A stretch of 64,000 nucleotides of DNA from Phoronis australis (taxonomy: Eukaryota > Animalia > Phoronida), in NCBI GenBank assembly GCA_002633005.1, contig NMRA01000354.1, positions 248,001 to 312,000 of the forward strand. The letters are read 5' to 3'. The translations under genes were made by a program, and so were the position numbers. The notes below the pieces were generated by a model that saw only the letters and a list, made by a program, of their open reading frames with translations, ran no database searches and was not told the origin of the DNA. Below, piece by piece: positions 47,911-59,039 of the stretch; positions within the stretch are counted from its first letter, which is position 1, and every line of letters starts with the position of its first letter.

Positions 47911-50000
47911 TCGGCATGTGCGAAAACTGAAAATTCACGTGACAAGTTGCGTGTGTTTGTGATTCATCCCGATGAAGGCAGGTCAGCCGAACTATACATT
48001 TATACCAGATTCTTTGCCAAGTGGACACTGACCCAGCAACAAACATGGCAGCATACTGATAGCGAGAAGATGTAGTGACATGGTTTGATGAAAAGTGATG
48101 TTTCTGTCAAATTCCTCAATTACAAGATGCAAGGATTAGTGCTAGTGTTAAATCATGCTCTGGAGTTAAGGGGTCTCCTTTCTTCACCACCAAATTTACG
48201 CCTCCAAAGCAAGATCACATTATTTTCCTTTGAATTGAAGTTGGTTACTGTAAATGGCCTTGAATTCACAACAGCCACACTGCCTTGGCAACTGAAACTA
48301 ACCAGTCACGATAAGCAGTTGTTTTCAAACCTAGAAATATTTTCTAATCCGAGTAAGGCATAAGATGAGGCAGATTTGTAGCAAGAAGTGGCTTAAATCA
48401 ATTTGTTTTTTGACAGGTTGGGTTTATTGCCCTTTTTATAAAGCATACCTGTGGTACTAATGTATTATGTACAGAGATCTACTTATTGTACTGCATATCA
48501 AAAACAAAGGGATGTGTCACTTGAATTGACCGTTTATTTTTTATCAGTTTTTCATTAACGAGAAAATATGTGCACCAAATTATAGAAAGTTATTAAAAGT
48601 CATGATTTTCCGTTCAACATCTCCATTCATGATCACCACTAACAGTCAGTACATAATACAAATGAAGCGCAGAATATTGTTAACATGTTCAGTTCAGGAC
48701 AAGGTTGCACAAAACTTCAAATTCTTTCCACGAATTACAGCAGTTCAGCACAAACTATGGCGTCCATTTTTGTCAAAAAATGTTCCAGGAAGATAGGGAC
48801 CCAAACACTGCGTAAATGGATAATAAACCTGTGTTCTATTGAAGAAACTAAATTCTGCTTTAGACTACTTATCACTATTAATTTGGTTTCCACTTTTTTC
48901 TTACTCGGATAAGATGAGGTTTTTGTTGTAACAAAGAACTGAAGATAATTCCCAGAACTATACTAGACAAATAAAATGACATGCCGTGACAAGTCAACTA
49001 AGTTGTAGAGTCTGGTCTTAAACAATAACAAACTCTTTGAGTACACTAGTTTTTGGCCATAGTAACAGGAGAAAGTTGAAAATGAAAACTGAGACGTGAT
49101 TCATGATCAACATAGTCAACGTTTCGGCTTATTGACAAAACCATCATCATGAAGCAATGTTACTAACCGGCAATACAACCAAAACACTAAATGGACATCA
49201 CAATACATGAGTAGTACTGACTACATGGATCATGAATCGCACCTCAGTTTTAATTTCAAACTCTTTCATTCTTTCCACGCACAAAACTCACACTTATTTG
49301 ACTAAGGTCAAGGAACAATTTGAGACCAATTCCACAACTGTAAGTGGTTTATTTCAGAGAAAAAAATCCAGAGAGAATGGAGGTTTCTTTACGCTTTAAC
49401 AAAACTGACTATAACATTGTTTGCCACTACCTATTTGAAATACATAGTAATGTATTTTGATCTTAAGGTAGTTTTACTGTAGTTAGTGGTGTGACTGTAA
49501 AAATTTTGACCTTGTCCAATGGAAGTGTTGCCAGCAAAAGGATGCAGTTCCTTCAGTTGCGAGTAGTTCTTGCTACAGTGACTGAATGGTAATTCCTCAA
49601 ACAAAAATACATGTAAATGGTATTTCATAACACCCAACTGGATCAGCTGAGTTGACTAGACATGTTTGCACAAAATGTAACACTGAAACTTTTTAAAAGC
49701 CTCAATCCACACACTGGCTCACACTTATCCAAAACAATAACAATAGAAAAGCTGCACTGTTTAGGCGATATGACAGCACCTTAAGAGATCTTTCATATAA
49801 TGACAATGATCAAATTTTTTATTTAACTTTCAGACGGTCGTGACACAACGCAAGTTAACCTTGCTCGTTTGTTATGGTTATACAGTGGTCACGGAGCTTT
49901 TGGCTTAGTAAAACACTTCATTCTTATTTTTTCTTACGCTGAAATTGACAATTTTTTTACCTACTGATGTAGCAGTCAACGTAACTTATAATTTGTCTCT

Positions 50001-51911
50001 TCAAAATCGTTTTACGTTAATGTGATAATAGTCAAGTTCTTCCCTGGTAACGCGAGCGGGAGCTTTGCTCATGGGATCTCGCCCTTCAAACTGCTTCGGA
50101 AAGGCAATCACATCTCGAATACTAGGGGCATCAACAAGTATTGAGAAAAGTCTGTCAAGACCGATAGCAATTCCACCATGAGGTGGACAACCCGAGTCTA
50201 ACGCTTCAAGCAAATGATTCAACTGAGTGGAGTCTTCTTTCAAGATAGCCTCGAGAACATATCGCTGCATCTTTGAGTTGTGTATTCGAATGGAACCACC
50301 TGCAATCTCGTTTCCGTTCAGCACAAGATCATAATGCTGTCCCCTGACAATACCAGGGTTACTAAACAATACCTGGGTGTGATCTGGATGGGGGGCTGTG
50401 AACGGGTGATGTGCAGACTCTAGTTCACCAGATCCGTCCTCTTTAGGGAGAAAGAGTGGAAAGTCTTGGACCCACAAAAAGTTGAAGCAGTCTTTGTCAC
50501 GCACTTTCAAGTCATTGCTTTCTAGAATATTGGCACACTCTAAACGTATTTTTCCTAGAGCTGAGCAAGCCTTAAAGTGATCCCCCGCTGTAATAAATAT
50601 CAGATCCCCAGGAAAGGCTTGCAGAGCGTTCACAAGTCTCGATGCTTCAGATGAGCGTAGAAACTTCATGATCGGAGAATTCACATCTCCATTCTGTTTA
50701 CACTTAATAAAGGACAATCCACCAAGAGCAAACTGTTCTTTTGCTAAAGTTTGAAAAGATTCAATGTCTCTGTCTTTAATAATGTCCACACCTCCTTTTA
50801 TATTGATTCCTTGGACAGAAGACTCGTAATCTTTCAAACCATCCTGAAATATGGCAACATCACTACCTCGTACAATACTAGTCAAATCAATAAGCTTCAT
50901 GTCAAATCTTGTGTCAGGTTTATCTGTACCATAAGTTTTAATGGCATTATCATAAGTTATTGTTGGAAATGGGATAGCCAATTTCCCTGACGTCTCTGGC
51001 CATGAATACTTCAGCATTTTCTCAATGAGTCTCTTTATATCTTTGGCTGATGTGAAAGACATTTCAATATCCAGTTGAGTAAACTCAGGTTGTCTATCTG
51101 GTTTCGAACCTTCATCTCTATAGCAACGAGCAATTTGCATATAGCGGTCAATTCCACCAACCATGAGAAGCTGTTTGAACTGCTGCGGACTTTGAGGCAG
51201 AGAGTAAAATTCGCCAAGATGATGAGTTGGCACAATAAATTCCCTGGCACCTCCCGGGGTTCTGCGAAATAACGTTGGTGTTTCCACATCAATAAAACCA
51301 TTTTTGGAACACAAAAATTCCCTAATTTTGAAAATCATATTGGATCGCAAACGCAAATTGTGCTGCATGTAAGCAGAGCGAATGTCTAAATACCGATACT
51401 CCATCCTTAACGATTCTTTTACATTTTTATGAATAAAATCCTTCACTTCAAAAGGCAAATTTTGCCTGCAGGGGTTCAATATCTCCACATTTTCCATAAG
51501 CACTTCAATTTCTCCAGTTGGCATAGCAGTATTTTCTTGGCCTTGTGGTCGCTTCGTTACCGTGCCAGTCACTTTGAGAACTGATTCAAATGACAGTTTT
51601 TTGAGTTCCTGGTGTAATTTATCAGATTCTAGCTTATCAGGGACAAGAATCTGAGTGACTCCATATGAGTCTCTCAATGTTATGAATCGACCAAAACGTT
51701 GGAATTGAACCCAGCCACACAAAACTACCGGTTGATTCACGTGTTTCCTCCTCAGTTCCCCACAAGTGTGCGTTCTTAAAGCATAGTCGTTTACAGTTTT
51801 TGTGCCCAGAGAAATGCTGGTGGTGAGGAACTTGCGGGAAATAGTCTGTAGTGTCCATGAAAGTTGAGATAAACACCGGCGAACAACTGACCTGGAGTAG
51901 AGAGCGGCCAT
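50001..51911 (-). CDS. DARS2: Mitochondrial aspartate--tRNA ligase, single coding exon, 636 aa
   Basis: Uninterrupted ORF from ATG 51911 (the ORF track extends it to a non-ATG start at 51959). Arg/Ser/Leu-rich, acid-free N-terminus (MAALYSRSVVRRCLSQLSW) typical of a presequence. Motifs RTHTCGEL, OB fold, LRMEYRYLDIR, motif 1 VETPTL, FYSLPQSPQQFKQLLM, motif 2 ARCYRDE..DRQPEFTQLDIE, GAD insertion, AHHPFTAP, YDLVLNGNEIAGGSIRIH and motif 3 PPHGGIAIGLDR. Confidence 0.96.
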   Translation of the reverse strand: MAALYSRSVVRRCLSQLSWTLQTISRKFLTTSISLGTKTVNDYALRTHTCGELRRKHVNQPVVLCGWVQFQRFGRFITLRDSYGVTQILVPDKLESDKLHQELKKLSFESVLKVTGTVTKRPQGQENTAMPTGEIEVLMENVEILNPCRQNLPFEVKDFIHKNVKESLRMEYRYLDIRSAYMQHNLRLRSNMIFKIREFLCSKNGFIDVETPTLFRRTPGGAREFIVPTHHLGEFYSLPQSPQQFKQLLMVGGIDRYMQIARCYRDEGSKPDRQPEFTQLDIEMSFTSAKDIKRLIEKMLKYSWPETSGKLAIPFPTITYDNAIKTYGTDKPDTRFDMKLIDLTSIVRGSDVAIFQDGLKDYESSVQGINIKGGVDIIKDRDIESFQTLAKEQFALGGLSFIKCKQNGDVNSPIMKFLRSSEASRLVNALQAFPGDLIFITAGDHFKACSALGKIRLECANILESNDLKVRDKDCFNFLWVQDFPLFLPKEDGSGELESAHHPFTAPHPDHTQVLFSNPGIVRGQHYDLVLNGNEIAGGSIRIHNSKMQRYVLEAILKEDSTQLNHLLEALDSGCPPHGGIAIGLDRLFSILVDAPSIRDVIAFPKQFEGRDPMSKAPARVTREELDYYHINVKRF

Positions 51912-54900
51912 TTTCAGTGTTTTTAGTGACACCTTTCGGACGTAAAACGAAGCACACAATTATCCTCCAAGGGGTCCTCGGCGCACACCACAAAATCACA
52001 CTTTTTCATAGTAGGCCCTAAGGATTTACAACTGGGTGCAAAATCAATTTGCTTATGAAAAGTCAGTTTAAAAAACGTTAGCCATTGGTTAATATAATTG
52101 AGTTTGACAGTACAATACAACGGAATAAATTATAATTATATATAAAACATTCAGCACTGTCCTATTTTTATGTTTATTAGAAAAAATAAAACGTATGAGA
52201 ATTAGGTTAAGCCCTGAAAGTTCTTGAAAGCATTATATCTGAGAGTCTTATTTAAGTAACAAAATTTAAAAGAAGTAAACCCATTTGAAATAAGTATCGC
52301 AGTATTCGATTGCCGTAAGTATCACAAAAATTAAGTAACCTTAGCTTGTATACGGTAACACTAAGAACCACGGTATGACCATAAGTATCATAAAAGTAAC
52401 ATATATCACGAAAACGGTGAAAAGCTGGGATGAAGAGAATAGGAGAAACAGGGATGAAGTTAAAAAACAGGTTTTGTGAAACTTGGCATGATTTGTATTT
52501 GCACGGAGCGGGTTCAGGTCTGTGTGGATACAAAATGTTTTAAACGGTTATAGTCCATAGACTTTAGATTGTTAGGTAATATTGGCTCCGCGGTAGAGCT
52601 TGGCTCCGAACACCGATAACGAGTTGAGACCGGACCATGGGGCACTGTTTGATTCGCGTTATTGCAAAGATAAACTTATTGTTGGTTATTAATGCAAAGA
52701 TAAGTTTTGGGTGCAAATGCAAATTTACTTCGTGCTTACATGGTTTATAATAAATGCAAAATTGGATGCTAAATGAGAAAACCTAGCGGCTGAAAAACGA
52801 GAAGCACAGAAGTGCTATTAGTGTAGGCCTACAGTTTAAAGTCCTCATCTCAAAAGGTAATTATAGTTCGGAAACTAGAAAATATATGTACCAAATTAAG
52901 TAATATGTAACCTGGTATCATGAGCTGAAAGTTGGCGATGGAAAATCTTTGTCTTTAAATTAAGGGAAATACGGAAAATAGCAATCACTTGACTATTTAC
53001 AGCGCTTAATTGTGCACGAATAATTGAATTTCCACATAGGCCTACCGATGGAAACGTTTAAGTCAGTTGGTTGATTTCTGCACCGTGTTGAGGAACGAAT
53101 GGTATTCCACGACACATGAGGAAGGCGCATTTGGCTGTTTGGAAACAGGCTGACGGACATTGACGATGTTTACACGACACCTGCGATGTCCGCAAAACGT
53201 CCGCCCACCGCGATGTTTGCACGACGCCGTCCATGATGATGCCAGTGCTCCACGTGATCCGCAAAGACTCGGGTTCATTGACTGGATGGCGAGTGCATGC
53301 GGAAAGCCGTTTGGAATATTTTGACATTATTATTGGATGGATACCAAATGACTCTTAATGATTTTAAATCCTGAGTAACTACTGAAAGTTCATATCAAAT
53401 TCACTGGTATACCGATGCACGCATCCAGCCTAAAAATGAGGGTCTCGAATTTTTGAGAATATGGACCTTTTATAAGATTCACGGGGTACGTTCAGAGCTG
53501 TGAATTGTGCATTCGCCGAATTTTGGTGGATTTTTGTCTCATTTTCTAATTTTTTCGTAGTTTTTTTCTCTGAGGTGAACCTTTTTGCCCACTTCGCCAA
53601 ATAGGCGTGTTTAAGATTCATTGTACTCAGCTGTGTTATACTCAACGCTTCAAAACACTGGAGTAGCAACATGGTTCTGTCGGCAAGGTTTGGTCTGAGA
53701 ATCACACAACACTGTACCGACCTGCGTCTATCTATTTATTCTCACAACAGAAAGAGGGCGCAGTTCCATACGAAGATTATACTATCTGTCGTACAATCTC
53801 CGACTTCAAACTTCATACATTCAGCACCCAAATACAAAACTGCGTGTACTTGCCGTATTATAGTACATCTTTAAGTGTAGGGATTTTGTAAAATATAAGT
53901 GGATACACTCTTCGCCGCACTACGCCTTACACTAAATTAGTCATGAGATCGCATAGGTGAGTGGGTCTGTTTCCAAAAATTCTAGCTAAACATACGTTGA
54001 GTAATTTCGGACACTCTCTAATAAACATTATATCTGGGTTAGCATTCTCGGAATTCTCATTGTCTCCATTACTTAGCTTTCAGGCCGCGCATCAATTCAT
54101 AGTAACCAATTCTGGTCGGTGCTTATTTTTGGAAATATGCGGCAGATAGCACTTTCTTCATGTTTTCTGCCAATTAAGAAATCAATTCAGTATTTGTTCA
54201 AGTGCTGATGGAACTACGAGATTTCGATTTTCTGAAAAAGCAATAAACCCTAACTTTATCAAAAGATACGGGTGAGTGAATTTAAATTTGTGTTCGCTCC
54301 ATGTGATAACCATTGCTAGTTGCATAACCGTGTACAAAAATGTTAACGGCTTGGTGACAACTACAAGTAGTGAAGCGTGCGGTGGCGTCATGTCTTGTTG
54401 ACCAGACAAGGAGACGCCACACCAGCAAGATTCCCCGTACATTTTTGCGACAACAAAATTTTATATTGCTTTTAAACAAAACTCGCGACGATAACTAATC
54501 AAAGGGGAAATTTGATCGTTTTGTTTTCGGCATTATTTAAACACGTGGTGGTCAACGACATGTTTTTTCACTGGTAATTTCCGTGAATGGTAGAAAGTAA
54601 ATCGTCAGCAGCGCAGCCGGCAAAGATCCGGTCGTCACGGTGTTTGGTTTAAAGTACATCACGTGACCAAACCAGACCATAACATTACGTGATGACACGC
54701 CATTTTAGGTAACACTCGGACCACAAACAGTTTGAGGGCAACACAAAATTTTCGTAATCTAAGGTAACTCAATCAACGAGACATTTCCGTAGACTTTCTG
54801 TCTAATATGATTACTACCTCTCAGTAACATAATGGCGGTTAATTTCAAATTTTCCAGACGCCGTTCCTAAACCATAGCTGGTTAGTTATTGTTGGCCTAC

Positions 54901-57900
54901 CTACACGTACTGTGCACCAACTAGCGTGATTACTAGTACCGGTACATGAAAACCCCTCGGCTAGTTTGCCGGACTCGATTGATCAGATGAAACCGCCTTT
55001 CTGGATAACTAATTTTATTGCATTCGATCATTTTTCATTTTCACCCCATCACCTGTCGTTAGTGACAAAACACAGCTGGATACTGTGTACGAATGTTACT
55101 GGCAACATTTCTTTATCTCCCTTTCAAGCATTTCCTAACGGCACAATCTTCTCTTGTTCGTCGGAAATTAATGTCTCCGTAATGATAGCATGCCTAGAGT
55201 TATTCTAACAGTGATTCATTTGGACCGTCTATGACACCTAAAAGCTATTCTTAAAAATACATTAGCTTCCCACCTATTCTCTAGACTTTGACAATCGTGA
55301 AATGGGCAGCTAACGTATAGTGGTTTCGGAAACTTTCTTGCCTCGACAGCCGTTGGCTTCTACGACCATGAAGAATTGATAAACCACGTGACAACTGATA
55401 CGAGATTGCAGCACCGTGACAAAATGTTGACATTTTGACATCCTATTAGTTACCAATGTTCGGGGGGGGGGTCGGTTAGTCATTTTTGCTCATATCACGA
55501 TATGGAAAGATTTGGAGTTTATTCCGTTCAGTAATCTGGTTTATATTTGTGTTTTGAGAAAGTTCAGTGTGAATTGTGCCATTTACTTTTAGTATAGTGC
55601 AGTCTCCGTTCTCAGCGCACTCGAGGCACCAACTCTGCTGCTAGCATTGTCGTTAGAACCAACCTCGAGATTTTCTTATGCGAAAAGAAGCGATGTCTAC
55701 ATATAACGATTAACTTCCCACTCAATTCGAAGCCGACCGTCGGGGCATACTAACTTGAGCATTAAACTGAAGTTCCATGCAGTGTCCGCTGTGACGAACG
55801 GCGAGCTCGTCAAATGATAACCTAGACATCAGCCCGACTAGCCTCACTCGGCGCTAAACATGACATCACATTTTAGTGGATTAAAACTGACGGTCTTGCC
55901 AAGAAAAGCCATTTCAAGTTCTAAGATTCTCTGCTTCTTTTTCAATTTCCATTTTGAACTTCCCGGGACACTTAAAACCAAAATATAAATAACCCTTTAC
56001 CACCATTTCCTTCCTCTTCAGTTGTCAGAAAAAAAATCAAAATCCAACTACTAATGTAAAACTGATCCATAAAAGACCTTAATTGTGACAGGACCTTAAT
56101 TCTTGTTCTCCCCACGAGTATTCGAAACATTTATCAGTGGAAAACTCTTTATTTATTACAAGGCTCAAAGGGAGGATAATGTGAGAGGTTAAAATCAATG
56201 CTATCATAGGAAGGGTATTGAGAAGTCCAGCAGTGTGGTCGACTTAATAAATTGGATTTCTTTCCTAAATTATGGAGTAGTAATTAATGGGCAAGCAGTC
56301 GACACAAGCGACTCTTTATTTTTTGTCATTTATCATCGCTTGCTCCGACCCCCCGACCCCCGTCTCCGACAGGACTAAATCTCTGCAGAGGCACACTTTC
56401 ATCACGGGTTCAATTTGAGGTTTAACTAATAGATTGAAAACAGATAACAACCTTCAGAAACAGAGTAAATACAGTAAATGGTTTTGCTTCGAGGATATAG
56501 CGACAACGCCGACAGAAATATTTTGCCTTGGCTTTTAGTGTTACGTATTACGGAATCGTGTGTTCACTCAGACTAATGTATTTATACTATCTTGCGGGCG
56601 GTCAGATGACGGATTGGGCGATGTTCTGTCAAACTTGAGGACTCCTTCAACGACGGTCACTTGTGAACTGAGGGACTTTCAAGAAATTCAGGTAAGGTTT
56701 CCTCCTGTATTGGTTACCTGGGGATAGCTCCTAGTGTAGCAACCGTGCAGTACTAAACCAACCAAAGTATGCCATAGCTTCGTTGCCTTGCAGCCACTTA
56801 GTTTTCCCTGCGTGTGAAAAATAAGTTGGTGAATTCAGAAACCATTTCATATAGGCGTCAACGTTACTGTCTTTACATTTATGGAACAATTTGATTAGTT
56901 TCTGTCTCTTGCAAATCATCTTCGGTTCCTGCTGTCGAAACTTTGTGCCGCGTGTAAAATCTGACCAGTGTAGATTATTTCTTTTAATGGCACTGCAATC
57001 TCCAACTAAATCGGTTTTTAATTGGGACCTTGCGCTTTATGGAAATTTGATTAAAACTTGTGCTCTCGAAACTATCATACAGTGTCTGGTTGAAAAAAAC
57101 ATACCTTCACGGTGTCGTTTTTTAAATCTAGGCTACTAAAACATGGTTCCCTGTTTCACACATTCAAAATGGTTTCTAAGCTATCCCCCCTACCTCTGAA
57201 TTGCGGTGTTATCGTATAATTGGTTGATTTAGTATACATCTGTGGTATGTTGTTTAGACGGTGCCTTGAAGAATCGTTCATTAGAACCCGAAACACGTGT
57301 TGTCAATTTAATTTCAAATTTGATTACATCTTTTAGAAATAAAAATAACATTAGATACCGTCCACTTCCATACCGTCCTTTGGTCTGGCAAATGCAGTCT
57401 TCACGGTCGAAATATGCCGGTGTTAGCATACTAGAGAACCCACACGCGTTCACACGAAGCCTGGGTTTGTTATCGTTCTGTTTGCGTTACCAGCAATAAC
57501 GTAGAAACCATCAGCGATTAAAGGAAGCTGTCGGAAAAACAATGTCAACAAAGGAAATTGATATCAAAATTTACTTTTCCATGACGAACTTTAATTCTGT
57601 TGCCACGGAGACCATCCAGGGTATGTTAAGAGTCAAAACTGCTCAGGGCCCGTCACGATAAATAATCTTGTCGATGTTATAGCGGCTGAAGCATGCAGTT
57701 CATTATTTTAGTAGTAAACAAGAAGGAGTAGCGATTTTTTACTTCGCAGAGTGCAATCCTGGTTCAGAGTAATTCTAAGACAACTGTAATAAACCTTGGT
57801 GTTACGAAAGAACCGAAGTAAAAAATCTGATGCAAAACGCAACACTGATTAATTATTCATTTAAAACTTGTGTTTTTCGTCTGTGTGTATGCGAGGCCAT

Positions 57901-59039
57901 CAAAGAAATATCTTTACCCACGATTGTCAGTTTTGCAGTTCGGTGGGTAATATTTATTCACTTTTCATTATTGGGACATTTTGTAGTAAAAGCACTTCAT
58001 TTTATGAATTGAAAAAAGTCAGACTACAAAAAGTATGTTTAAGTCACTCACGTATTTACGGTCGAGAGGAAAGAAACTTAACATTTTGGAATCATTACTT
58101 AAAACACGAGTGATCTCAAACTCAGGGGATCTCTCGCTTCACGTTATGGGTAAGGGTGCCGCGGCACATTTAAACCAAGACCGGCGCAATATCCGAGCAC
58201 ACGGAAATATTTCCTGTGACATTTGAAGGATACTGCAGGGTATGTGTGACCGCTTTATCTTGAACTCAAATGTGTGCTTTTCAGAGACGACACCCATAGA
58301 TTGAAAACGTCATTATTGAACTGTTTGGAGATAGTGACAAAATATGACAGTATCAGCATAAAACAAAAAAAATATTCAACCCTTCTTTTATGCAAACATA
58401 AAAATAATGTGTAATCAAAACGGATAACATTTTTGTTTTACCTTGTAGGTGATTCGCCTTCATGACGATTCTTTATTTCCTTGTACAAATTGTCCGTGAG
58501 CAGCTTTTCAAATGTTCCCCGGCGAGCACGTAGTAATTAGCCCGGTCAAGCTTTACAAATTAGAACAGAGAATATATTGTACGTTTATTAGAGTATTTTG
58601 AAAATAATCCATTACACCCCATAATTCACCCACTGAATGCGTTCTGCGGTGGCGCTATTTTCATTGAGACAGTCTTATCGCAGCTTATTGGTACAACAAC
58701 GACTGGTCGTGCTGCTCTGTAAACATGATTTATGGCGGTGTGTGAGATGGGTACAAGTTAACAGAGCGAATACCCAACTTTCGTCTCATCGCTTCAGAGT
58801 CCGTTCACAGCTCGCGATCCTTTAACAACGCTAAATCGTTATGCTTGAAATTGTGTATAATAACTCTTTAACCCTGGACATTTTAGAAGTTCATGAGTTA
58901 ACTGCACAAGTATGAATATGATTTGATTTGAGGCAGTTTAACGATTGTTTATTATTGTTGCTTTTCCAGTCAAAACAACAGCTATCGCTGATTGTGCAAG
59001 AAAAGATCTAGGTCTAGAACAGCAAGTCATCCCGGAACA

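Noticed and set aside
47965-47997. Hammerhead-like CCGATGAAGGC-AGGTCA-GCCGAAC in the kanadaptin 3' UTR
   Set aside because: Two core defects (CCGATGA, and GAAC instead of GAAAC) and no stem I or III pairing.
50001-51959. Bacterial-type AspRS as contamination or horizontal transfer
   Set aside because: It has a mitochondrial-presequence-like N-terminus, no operon context, and is contiguous with animal genes. The bacterial-like architecture is expected for DARS2.
55700-55860. GC-richer segment resembling a reverse-oriented SINE head
   Set aside because: Only a vague A-box-like motif, with no B box or cloverleaf.
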